The notes under the pieces: model-generated | What the model saw: the letters and a program-made list of their open reading frames with translations, nothing else | Database searches by the model: none | Told to the model about the DNA's origin: nothing | Translations under genes and position numbers: made by a program | NCBI GenBank assembly: GCA_001002285.1 | Contig: LCLX01000002.1 | Span: forward strand, 3,827 to 67,826 | Length of the DNA: 64,000 nucleotides | Direction: 5' to 3' | Origin: Microgenomates group bacterium GW2011_GWC1_46_15 | Lineage (GTDB): Bacteria; Patescibacteriota; Microgenomatia; UBA1400; UBA12028 | Part shown: piece by piece, positions 1 to 8,075 of the stretch | Numbering within the stretch: the stretch's first letter is position 1 | Layout of the letters: each line of letters starts with the position of its first letter

Positions 1-269
1 ACCGTTGGTTTGCCACTTGGATCAGAAACACTAGAAAGATACCCGACTGGTTTATTGAGTAAATAATAGACAAACTGCGCCGGAGCAGAAACAGGTTTTC
101 CATCGTACTCCACGCGGTCTTTTTCCGGATTCACACGTTCCGCGACATTTGTTATTACTTTTCCGTTTACACGGACTTTTCCTTCCGCAATCAACACTTC
201 CGCTTTGCGGCGCGACGCAACACCCGCGTGCGCGAGAAAGACGTGGAGCTTGGGATGGGGTATCGGCAT
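1..269 (-). CDS. pseudouridine synthase, RsuA/RluB family (N-terminal S4 domain part; C-terminus lies beyond window start)
   Basis: Manual minus-strand translation from ATG at 267-269: MPIPHPKLHVFLAHAGVASRRKAEVLIAEGKVRVNGKVITNV...YYLLNKPVGYLSSVSD. This is the S4 RNA-binding module plus the conserved LNKPxGY motif of RluB/RsuA enzymes. It is absent from the ORF track because it runs off the window edge. Confidence 0.7.
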   Translation of the reverse strand, partial: MPIPHPKLHVFLAHAGVASRRKAEVLIAEGKVRVNGKVITNVAERVNPEKDRVEYDGKPVSAPAQFVYYLLNKPVGYLSSVSDPSGKPT

Positions 270-542
270 ACGCGTATTGTACATCTCAACTGAATATAAA
301 CGCGTATTACTCAACTTATTCAGTTTTTTTCGATAGTTTCTTCGCGAGCAAGTCGTGCGTGTTTTTCATTGATTCTTCAGCGCTCATACTCATTGCATCT
401 GCCGCCGCTTTAAACGTTGCGTCAGTAATTGATTTGCCGTTGGGATCAGCTCCCGCATTGCCTTTGCCCATTGCATCGTTTGACCGTCCACACCCGCAGT
501 TGTAACATATAGACCCTCCTTTGATGATGATATGATACGTTC

Positions 543-1148
543 ATGCTACACCATGTGGCGAAACACTTTCAACACCACGATCCAAAACTTCATGCGTACG
601 TAGAAAAAGTAGAGAAAATCGGCAAGATCACGCTTACTTCTTCGCATGATTTTTTTGCAAGCTTGTGCAGCGATATTATCGGCCAGCAGTTGTCTGGCAA
701 AGCGGCAGATGCGATTTATGGTCGGTTTGAAAAATTGTTTCCTAAAAATACACCAACCGCGCAACGTATTTTAAAACTTTCAGATGAAAAACTCCAGAGT
801 GTGGGTATTTCGGGCGCAAAAACACGATCATTACAAGATTTGGCAACGCACGTCGTACAAAAAAAGGTTGATCTTTCCAAGTTTCCCGACATGACCGATG
901 ATGAGATTAAAACAACACTCATTCGGGTAAAAGGAATCGGCCCATGGACCGCGGAAATGTTTTTGATGTTTTCGCTCGCGCGCGAAGATGTGTTTTCGTT
1001 CGGTGATCTTGGGTTGAAAAAAGCAATTCAGCGCGTGTATGGGTTAAAAAACCATCCGACAGAAAAACAAATGCTCGCGCTGAGTAAAAAGTGGCAGCCA
1101 TATCGCACATACGCAGCGCGGATACTGTGGAAGGTGCTGGATACATAG
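543..1148 (+). CDS. alkA: DNA-3-methyladenine glycosylase II / HhH-GPD base-excision repair protein (AlkA-like)
   Basis: Helix-hairpin-helix GPD signature IRVKGIGPWTAEMFLMFSLAREDVFSFGDLGL, typical of the AlkA family; 201 aa. Confidence 0.75.
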   Translation: MLHHVAKHFQHHDPKLHAYVEKVEKIGKITLTSSHDFFASLCSDIIGQQLSGKAADAIYGRFEKLFPKNTPTAQRILKLSDEKLQSVGISGAKTRSLQDLATHVVQKKVDLSKFPDMTDDEIKTTLIRVKGIGPWTAEMFLMFSLAREDVFSFGDLGLKKAIQRVYGLKNHPTEKQMLALSKKWQPYRTYAARILWKVLDT

Positions 1149-1188
1149 GAATATAGACATTCTATTTTGGGTAGAGTATAGTGTTTCT

Positions 1189-1533
1189 ATGCCAGAATAT
1201 GAAATTCTTTACTATATTTCAGAACATAAAAGAAACGTTATTAAAGAATTTCTTGAGTCACTTTCTCTAAAACAGAAAGAAAAAGTGTTTCGTGTTTTCA
1301 CGCATATACAAGAATATGGATTACGGAAAGAAATTCATCAACTCAAAAAAATAACAAAAACCTCTCTCTGGGAATTACGCATTCTTGGAAAAGATAATAT
1401 TCGTTTATTGTGCGTTTCATTACAAAACAAACGCGTTCTTATCCTTCATGGTTTTTTGAAAAAATCACAGAAACTTCCTCTTCATGAGTGTAATGTCGCA
1501 CAAAAAAGATTGGAACAGTACCTTGACAATTGA
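1189..1533 (+). CDS. type II toxin, HigB-like (Gp49/RelE superfamily)
   Basis: 114 aa basic protein immediately upstream of a small XRE-HTH protein (toxin-first HigBA order). AT-rich patch. Family call from size, context and RelE-like C-terminal region. Confidence 0.55.
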   Translation: MPEYEILYYISEHKRNVIKEFLESLSLKQKEKVFRVFTHIQEYGLRKEIHQLKKITKTSLWELRILGKDNIRLLCVSLQNKRVLILHGFLKKSQKLPLHECNVAQKRLEQYLDN

Positions 1534-1577
1534 TATCGTATACAATATCATTCTCATGATAGCGATAAAAGGAACAT

Positions 1578-1856
1578 ATGAAAACATATACATTTAAAAA
1601 TCATCTTAAAGAAAGCTTAAAAGATATTCGTTTCCGTGACGTGTGGAAAAAGGGTGATCTCGAGTATCAGCTCGCACGTCAAATTATCCGTCTTCGCATT
1701 CAAAAAAAATTGTCCCAAAGAGCGTTGGCAAAAAAATTGAAGACAACACAAGCAAAAATTTCTCAGGTTGAACGCATGACTGCTAATCCATCGCTTGCTT
1801 TTCTCAAGAAAATCGGAGAGGCTTTTGATAAACGCGTGAGTATTCGTATTACTTAA
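1578..1856 (+). CDS. HTH XRE-family antitoxin, HigA-like
   Basis: 92 aa; XRE helix-turn-helix segment QRALAKKLKTTQAKISQVERMTANPSLAFLKKIGEAF. Confidence 0.65.
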   Translation: MKTYTFKNHLKESLKDIRFRDVWKKGDLEYQLARQIIRLRIQKKLSQRALAKKLKTTQAKISQVERMTANPSLAFLKKIGEAFDKRVSIRIT

Positions 1857-1862
1857 TATAAA

Positions 1863-2753
1863 CTACAAAATCACACCCTCGTCCCGGTCTTCGCCGCCCA
1901 ATAACCCGCTTTCTTTTTTCAAGATGTACACATCTCTTCTTCCATGCGTATCAACACCAACACACTCTGCTTCACCGCGTAAAATCGCCTCATACGGCTG
2001 GCAGTATCGGCATCCTTCATCTCCGGCAGGGCACTTAAACCGCTCCAGCGCCCGCGCGGTTTTCACCTGCTTAGCAATTTTCATTATTTTTTCTTGCGAT
2101 TCCTGCAAATCCGGCAATGGTTTAGCCACAGGCTCATTACTTAAACCCAAGTACCAATACGCAACACCCGCGACTGGTCGCTTTTGACAGTAATGGGCAA
2201 GCAGATGATAGATGGGGAGCTGAAGCGACTCGGGGTCTTCTTCAGACTTACTCGTTTTAAAGTCAATAATTGTGATGCTGTCATCTTTTTCATGATAGTG
2301 AAGCCAGTCAATTTTCCCGCACAAGATAATACCGTCGTCCTCCGAAAGCCAAAACTGTGGAAGATCCATATTGAGCAACTTCACCGCTTTTTCTGCAATA
2401 GGACCGGGGTGTTGCGTTACGCGCGCCAGCATTTCTTTCCCGCGGTTTTTATATGTTTGCTCCGTTGAGTCGTCCCAAAATCCACCTTTCTTGCCGGACA
2501 CTTTTTTCCACGCTGTTTCAAACTTTTCTACAAGGGGCTGGATAAAGCGCTGTTCGACCGGCAACACCGAGAGCGACTCAACAACTTCATGCACCGCCTG
2601 TCCCAACGCAAGCGGGGGAGACATCAGCACGACTTTCCTGCCAGTTTTGGAATCTTTATACACGTTTTTCAGAAAATACGCGCGGGGACACCGTAAAAAA
2701 TCACTGATTGAAGAATACGAGAGCCACACAGCGGCATATTTGTCCGGAGGCAT
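1863..2753 (-). CDS. PD-(D/E)XK nuclease with Cas4/AddB-type Fe-S cysteine cluster (stand-alone Cas4-like)
   Basis: One N-terminal Cys (FLRCPRAYF) plus C-terminal CPAGDEGCRYC, the 1+3 cysteine arrangement of Cas4/AddB 4Fe-4S nucleases. Central D...IDFK-like nuclease core (IIDFKTSK). Confidence 0.65.
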   Translation of the reverse strand: MPPDKYAAVWLSYSSISDFLRCPRAYFLKNVYKDSKTGRKVVLMSPPLALGQAVHEVVESLSVLPVEQRFIQPLVEKFETAWKKVSGKKGGFWDDSTEQTYKNRGKEMLARVTQHPGPIAEKAVKLLNMDLPQFWLSEDDGIILCGKIDWLHYHEKDDSITIIDFKTSKSEEDPESLQLPIYHLLAHYCQKRPVAGVAYWYLGLSNEPVAKPLPDLQESQEKIMKIAKQVKTARALERFKCPAGDEGCRYCQPYEAILRGEAECVGVDTHGRRDVYILKKESGLLGGEDRDEGVIL

Positions 2754-2778
2754 AGGGTACTAGTATAGCAGAGGAGGT

Positions 2779-3057
2779 TTAGTGATTTATTCCAGAAGAA
2801 GTTTTTTCGGGTCTTCCATCACCTGCGATAAGTTCAAAATGACCATTATCTATGATTAAAGATGCAAGAGCTCCGTGCGGATAGTGTTGTATCATTTCCT
2901 TCGCCGCTATTAATACCTCATCAAGTGCTTGTTGCACTGTTTCATTCAAACCAATGATTGCTCTTCCAACTTCCATTCTCCAAATGAGTTCTTCAAAAGG
3001 ATATTTTTTCCCAGGAATAATCCGAGTTGTTTCTAGATCTAACCGTGTTGCAGACAT
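2779..3057 (-). CDS. hypothetical protein
   Basis: 92 aa ORF filling the gap between the nuclease and the DUF378 gene; no recognisable motif. Confidence 0.3.
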   Translation of the reverse strand: MSATRLDLETTRIIPGKKYPFEELIWRMEVGRAIIGLNETVQQALDEVLIAAKEMIQHYPHGALASLIIDNGHFELIAGDGRPEKTSSGINH

Positions 3058-3142
3058 CGTACCAAGGATTATGCTCCTTCCATTGACTTCGTCTTCTTTT
3101 CCACCCTATACTGAACATACTTTCTGAATCTTCAGGGAGGGG

Positions 3143-3361
3143 GTGAGATACATGAAACTGCTCCACATTGTTGCTTTCCTCTTGGTTGTGATTGGCGCGA
3201 TAAACTGGGGTTTGGTCGGTCTTGCGAACTATAATCTCGTTGAAATGCTTTTTGGCTCTGTTTCCGGACTTGTCCAACTCGTCTACGTGCTTGTTGGTGC
3301 TTCCGGCGTCGTGCTGTTGGTCACACATAAAAGTGATTGCAAAGTTTGTCCAAAGATGTGA
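3143..3361 (+). CDS. DUF378 family small membrane protein
   Basis: 72 aa, two TM helices, INWGLVG motif characteristic of DUF378. Strong RBS (gggaggggg) upstream. Confidence 0.7.
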   Translation: MRYMKLLHIVAFLLVVIGAINWGLVGLANYNLVEMLFGSVSGLVQLVYVLVGASGVVLLVTHKSDCKVCPKM

Positions 3362-3415
3362 TGTTTTTGAAAAGAGAAAGGGCGGTCCTGTTTTGGGGCC
3401 GCTTTTTGGTCGAAA

Positions 3416-3655
3416 TTATTGATTAGGAGTGTCAGAATTCTTTTCATGTTTCAGAAGCCACCACTCCATAAATCTATCCCAATCGACTCCTTCTCCCATA
3501 CACGCTAAGTTGAGTCGTAACACAGACATGCCTGGGTCCTCTTGAACTCGACGAGCGAGGCGGGCGTATTTTTCAACTTCCGCTGGAGAAAACTGATATC
3601 CAATTTCGTATGCAACGGTGACCATGCCGACTAGTATACAGAACCTGTCAAGCAT
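3416..3655 (-). CDS. hypothetical protein (short version of ORF 3416..3883 starting at internal Met)
   Basis: Start trimmed so it does not overlap the divergent + strand gene; no motif. Confidence 0.25.
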   Translation of the reverse strand: MLDRFCILVGMVTVAYEIGYQFSPAEVEKYARLARRVQEDPGMSVLRLNLACMGEGVDWDRFMEWWLLKHEKNSDTPNQ

Positions 3656-3707
3656 TTTTCTAGACATTAATGTGTTAGCGTATAATGCATACATGGGTAG
3701 ATCGATC

Positions 3708-4130
3708 ATGGCTAAAGCGACTAGCGCTCGAAAAAGTTTTGAAGAGATTGGACACTCATCCCTTCTCCCTGAACCACAAGATGAGCGACGCATAGAAATT
3801 TCTCTTCGCGCAACATCAATGTTACTTGGCATTTCGCTTGCCACACTTCGTTTTCTTGAAAAAAAAGGTGTTATGTTCACCATAATGATGAAGGGGGAAA
3901 GAGCGAATGTTTCGCTTGTTTTACCAAGAGAGTTTGATAGTGGGAGTGAAGTAACAAAAACAAAAAATGCATATTTTGAACTCCTGAAAAGGATAAAAAA
4001 ACCGCCTCAAATTGCTGATCCACAACAATTAACAGCTCTTCAGGAAATCGCTACAAAACTTTTTTACTCTCTTCCAAAAGGAACTCGGGAAGAATTAAAA
4101 GTGAATGGGTACGGTCCATTTTTTTCATAG
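3708..4130 (+). CDS. hypothetical DNA-binding protein with excisionase/MerR-type HTH
   Basis: Segment ATSMLLGISLATLRFLEKKGVMFTIMMKG resembles the excisionase-family HTH pattern (LLGxSxxTLxRxxxxGxxP..G). Start chosen at MAKATS (3708) after a TATAAT box at ~3681. Confidence 0.35.
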   Translation: MAKATSARKSFEEIGHSSLLPEPQDERRIEISLRATSMLLGISLATLRFLEKKGVMFTIMMKGERANVSLVLPREFDSGSEVTKTKNAYFELLKRIKKPPQIADPQQLTALQEIATKLFYSLPKGTREELKVNGYGPFFS

Positions 4131-4323
4131 CAGACGATACAGTGCAAGACAGTATGCTACGATAAAAATATGATCGTCAAACGAAAAAAAGGGTATTATG
4201 TCCTTTCGGAAAAGACCAGGAGAAATTTGGGCGGGCCGTATAAAACACGCGAGGAAGCAGTAAAACGATTACGCCAGGTAGAGTATTTTAAGCACTTGGA
4301 AAAGAAATAACGTCTTATGTGCA

Positions 4324-4593
4324 GTGTGCTATCATGAATCTATGATGTATTTTAATCAATGGTATTCTCCTGAATTTAACCCCACATTCATGCTGGGAGC
4401 TATGCAGTGGTTTCTCCCACTGATTCTTCTTGATCTCATTCTCCGCGGTGTCGCATTGTGGCGGGCGGCGAAAGCAGGGCAACAATGGTGGTTTATCGCG
4501 CTCCTTGTCGTAAATTCGGCAGGCATTCTTCCTCTCATTTATCTTCTTCTCTACCGAGAAAAAACTGTTTCATCGGCACGAAAAAAACGCTAA
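4324..4593 (+). CDS. small membrane protein (DUF5652-like, common in CPR genomes)
   Basis: Two TM helices, ALWRAAKAGQQWWF core, basic C-tail. Confidence 0.45.
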   Translation: MCYHESMMYFNQWYSPEFNPTFMLGAMQWFLPLILLDLILRGVALWRAAKAGQQWWFIALLVVNSAGILPLIYLLLYREKTVSSARKKR

Positions 4594-4640
4594 ATTTTTG
4601 ATGTTGACGTTTCTTTCTCAAACTCTGCTATAGTAATCGA

Positions 4641-5174
4641 ATGGAAGAAACATGTCCAAAGTGTGGTTCGCCATTATCGCCAGTTACGCAGACTGCAACT
4701 GGTCGCCAACTTCAGCGGTGCTCAAAAGGAAGTTGGAACAAGGAAACAAAAAAGAACGAGGGGTGTGATTACGTCAAATGGCTTGTTCCTGAGCCAAAAA
4801 CACTCGATGAGAAATGTCCCAAGTGTGGTTCCCCCGTTGTGTTAGTCCAAACACGGTTTGGCAAGAAGATGAAGAAGTGCTCAACAAATGTGTGGAACAA
4901 AGAAACGAAAAAAGCCGAAGGGTGCGATTTTATTGAATGGATCAATGGAACAACAAAAGAACTGGATGAGGATTGTCCGCAATGTGGAAAAAAACTTGTG
5001 TTGTACACAACGTCGAGTGGTAAAAAGATGAAAAAATGCTCAACAAGCGGTTGGGCCAGCGCAAAGCGGCAGGCCACGGGATGCACCTATGTGCAGTGGC
5101 TCAAAGCAGGCGAGTATGCATCTGGTAGTGAGCAAAATGGCGAAGAGTTTTTACCCCCAGAGCCGGCGTTTTAA
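4641..5174 (+). CDS. protein of three tandem topoisomerase-I-type C4 zinc ribbons
   Basis: Three ~53-aa repeats, each CP(K/Q)CG-x(17-19)-C-x(12-13)-GC-(D/T)-(Y/F)-(V/I)-(K/E/Q)-W. This matches the zf-C4 topoisomerase ribbon pattern CPxCG...C...C.F..W. No catalytic domain is present. Confidence 0.6.
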   Translation: MEETCPKCGSPLSPVTQTATGRQLQRCSKGSWNKETKKNEGCDYVKWLVPEPKTLDEKCPKCGSPVVLVQTRFGKKMKKCSTNVWNKETKKAEGCDFIEWINGTTKELDEDCPQCGKKLVLYTTSSGKKMKKCSTSGWASAKRQATGCTYVQWLKAGEYASGSEQNGEEFLPPEPAF

Positions 5175-5176
5175 TG

Positions 5177-5452
5177 CTATTGTTTTTTCACTATGTTTTG
5201 GATGAGTGCGTCTTTCTCTGGTCGTGACAGTTTTTTGAGAAATGCTTCCCGTTTCATCGCCTCACTGCGCGTACCAAACTTTTCTGTATACACCAACGTA
5301 AATGAAGGAAAGTACCGCATATATTTTGCCGATGCCGGACCATGCGCGCGGTGTTCCTTTAGTCTTTTCTCAAGATCATTTGTTTGGCCAATGTAGTACG
5401 TGTTTGCGGAAGTGCGAAGGATATAGACGATGAAAGAGGTACAACGGACCAT
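5177..5452 (-). CDS. GIY-YIG nuclease family protein
   Basis: VYILRTSANTYYIGQTNDLEKRLKEH is the GIY-YIG signature; 91 aa. Confidence 0.75.
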   Translation of the reverse strand: MVRCTSFIVYILRTSANTYYIGQTNDLEKRLKEHRAHGPASAKYMRYFPSFTLVYTEKFGTRSEAMKREAFLKKLSRPEKDALIQNIVKKQ

Positions 5453-5564
5453 ATTTAACTCTTCCTATCTCAAAACAGCATTTAGCAATTCAGGAAATTC
5501 AGTAGTCTGCATATCGTCATACGTGAAGTGTCCATAATGATGAAATTCCCGATATTTAATATTC

Positions 5565-6053
5565 TTAATTTGCTGATGAAGCATATCTACGGTTTTTTGA
5601 GACGCTTTCTTGATCATTATCGGAACAAAATATTGTTACTCCCTTTGTTCGACTTACAAGATCAGAATCAATTTTAAAATCATCAAAAAAATCTTTGGTA
5701 CGGTTATGATCCGGATCGAGCCAGGGGGCGACCAAAATAACTTTATTTACCTTTAGTTTCTTGTGAATACTTAGATATTTTATGAAAAAGCCTGCTCCAG
5801 TGCTATGACCAATTAAAATGGTTTCTGGACCAATATCAAACCGCTCCACCTCACGATTCCAAGTTTGCCAATTTCGGTCAAATGAATGTGGGATTTCGGG
5901 AGTAGCTGCGGCGATGTCTACTTTTAGCAGCTGCCCTTGTAACCAAGGTATCCAGTGAGCATTGCTCATACTTGGCGCTTTAGGGTCATAGTATTCTTTT
6001 TCCGATGGCCCCCCATGCAGAATGATGGCGTTTTTCATAATTGAATTTATCAA
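5565..6053 (-). CDS. alpha/beta hydrolase, YdeN/RBBP9-like serine hydrolase
   Basis: AIILHG...LIGHSTGA nucleophile-elbow motif, ~160 aa. The C-terminus may be truncated. Confidence 0.55.
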   Translation of the reverse strand: MINSIMKNAIILHGGPSEKEYYDPKAPSMSNAHWIPWLQGQLLKVDIAAATPEIPHSFDRNWQTWNREVERFDIGPETILIGHSTGAGFFIKYLSIHKKLKVNKVILVAPWLDPDHNRTKDFFDDFKIDSDLVSRTKGVTIFCSDNDQESVSKNRRYASSAN

Positions 6054-6057
6054 CGTG

Positions 6058-6128
6058 TTGCCCGGTAAGGAGTTGAACCCTAATAGACGGGACCAAAACC
6101 CGTTGTCCTACCATTAGACGACCGGGCA
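6058..6128 (-). tRNA. tRNA-Gln (anticodon TTG)
   Basis: Cloverleaf read on minus strand: TGCCCGG acceptor with U1-A72, GGTAGGAC D-loop, anticodon loop TTTTGGT, GGTTCAACTCC T-arm. Confidence 0.8.
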
Positions 6129-6188
6129 TCTAGGTATTACTCAAGCTATTTTACCAGAAAGACGTGGCGATATATACTACACCTCATA

Positions 6189-7928
6189 GTGAAAACAAGA
6201 ATTTTCGCGGCACTCGCGGCACTGGCGATTGGAATTACCCTTTTAGCGGTTGGCCTCCAGTTTGCCTCGCCAAGTCAGGCCTCTTCCTCAAAGTCCTACT
6301 CCATCCCCACCGTTCATATTGATGCCACGCTCAACAGAGATGGATCCATGCGCGTGTCCGAGAAACGTACCTACGATTTTTCCGGCAGTTTTTCTTTTGC
6401 ATATCAATACATAAAAAGGCTGAGTGATCAGGCAACACATTCGGGGAGAACCGAGCCGTATACACTCAAGAATTTTAGCGTCTGTGAGGGCGTCATCTGC
6501 TATACCCAACTCCAGCAAGACCGGGCAGAGAGTGGTGATCCCATGCTCCCAACCACGAGATTTTATGTAACAGAAGACGCCGACCAGTACTACATCAAAT
6601 GGTTTTACCGTGCGTATAACGAAACAAAAACGTTCACCATCAACTATACCGTGCAGAACGCGGTTACCCAGCACACTGATACGGCGGAACTGTACTGGAA
6701 GTTGATCGGCGATGACTGGAGTTTGATCCAGCGCAATGTGACCGCCACAATCGTGCTGCCACCCAATATTCCTGGCGACAAAATTCAGGCGTGGGCGCAC
6801 GGGCCACTTAACGGCACCGTACGTATTTCCGATCCACAACATGTTGAGTACTCCACGCCGCTTCTGTCCTCCGGCAAGTTTTTTGAAGCCCGCATCCTTA
6901 TGCCAAAAATTACATTTACAGGTGGCGCAAAAGGAACGCTTACCGAAGTGGAAATTCGCGCGCAGGAACAAGAGTTTATCGTAAAAACCGAACGGCAGAA
7001 GGCTACGCTTCGTGTGTTGGTCAAAGTACTTGCCGGCGTTTCTCTGCTTATTTCAGCACTGTCCCTATTTATCATCAACACATCGTGGCGCCGATTTGTG
7101 AAGTATCACAAGGACGGGCCATTGCCCCAAATCAACCAAGCAAACTCATTGTGGGAGCCTCCGAACGACATTGATCCCGCACAAATCGAGCAACTCTTTA
7201 GTATGCAAAAATCGTTTTCACCAAAAGCGTTTACCGCCACCGTGTTGTCGCTCGTTCAGCATCGGTTCGTTAAAATCACGCGAAGCGATAAAAAAGAAGG
7301 GGTCATTTTTAAAGACTACAAGTATTATCTTGAACAACTACCAAATCCGAGAAAAAGTATGAGTGATATTGAAAAGGCCGTGTTTGATTTTATTTTTGTG
7401 AACGTGGGCGAAGAACCCATTGGAACTAAAAAGGGAGACGATAGAGTTGCCGTTCCACTTGAAAGCATTGTGAGTTATTGTCAAACACACCGCACAACAA
7501 GTTATAGTTTTTTCCAGCATCTTCAAAATGTTGTATACAAAGAAAATTTCGAGGAGGGATACTTTGATAAGATCGCACATAAGTTGGCGGGGAAGTTGCT
7601 TCTTCCATTAGCATTTTTCATCCCGGCAACAATTGTGCAGGGTCTGATTTTGGCATTCACTGCAGAAGCTGCTGGTGTTCTCCGTCCGCTTTTCCAAACG
7701 CTTGTTTCGCTTGGTCCGTTTATTTCCGGAGCGGCATTTGCGTGCACAATCGTGTTTGCGGGATTTGCTGAAAAACGCACCGAAAAAGGCCGGCGGGAAA
7801 CCGCGCAATGGTTGGCATTTCAAAAACATATGAGGGATTACAGACAAACGCGCAAGTATCCTATTGACTCAATTATGTGGAGTATCGGGAAGCAGTGGGT
7901 CAGGATTTTCAGGCTCGTTTGCGAGTAG
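6189..7928 (+). CDS. DUF2207 family membrane protein (GTG start); C-terminal Gly/Ser-rich tail appears to continue in +1 frame to ~8060
   Basis: Signal/TM N-terminus, large extracytoplasmic domain, TM helices in C-terminal third. The overlapping ORF 7864..8163 encodes the GS-rich and poly-Gly tail typical of DUF2207 C-termini. Confidence 0.6.
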   Translation: MKTRIFAALAALAIGITLLAVGLQFASPSQASSSKSYSIPTVHIDATLNRDGSMRVSEKRTYDFSGSFSFAYQYIKRLSDQATHSGRTEPYTLKNFSVCEGVICYTQLQQDRAESGDPMLPTTRFYVTEDADQYYIKWFYRAYNETKTFTINYTVQNAVTQHTDTAELYWKLIGDDWSLIQRNVTATIVLPPNIPGDKIQAWAHGPLNGTVRISDPQHVEYSTPLLSSGKFFEARILMPKITFTGGAKGTLTEVEIRAQEQEFIVKTERQKATLRVLVKVLAGVSLLISALSLFIINTSWRRFVKYHKDGPLPQINQANSLWEPPNDIDPAQIEQLFSMQKSFSPKAFTATVLSLVQHRFVKITRSDKKEGVIFKDYKYYLEQLPNPRKSMSDIEKAVFDFIFVNVGEEPIGTKKGDDRVAVPLESIVSYCQTHRTTSYSFFQHLQNVVYKENFEEGYFDKIAHKLAGKLLLPLAFFIPATIVQGLILAFTAEAAGVLRPLFQTLVSLGPFISGAAFACTIVFAGFAEKRTEKGRRETAQWLAFQKHMRDYRQTRKYPIDSIMWSIGKQWVRIFRLVCE

Positions 7929-8075
7929 TTTTTCATCAGTATCATCAGCTTTGGGCTCATTATCATCTGCCGCAATATCATCGTACGGCGCTTCGGGCTC
8001 GGGATCGTCCGGCGGCTCTTCCGGCGGTGGAGGAGGCGGGGGCGGCGGGGGCGGGTATACGTTTCACAAATCTTT

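Noticed and set aside
149-505. 118-aa plus-strand ORF at window start
   Set aside because: Overlaps the minus-strand pseudouridine synthase N-terminus, which has a clear family signature; the plus ORF has none.
6288-6971. 227-aa minus-strand ORF inside the DUF2207 gene
   Set aside because: Antisense artefact; the plus-strand frame carries a coherent signal peptide, domain and TM architecture.
8010-8055. Poly-G/GGC-rich run considered as G-quadruplex or regulatory element
   Set aside because: It more simply encodes the poly-Gly tail of the DUF2207 protein in the +1 frame (see frameshift finding).
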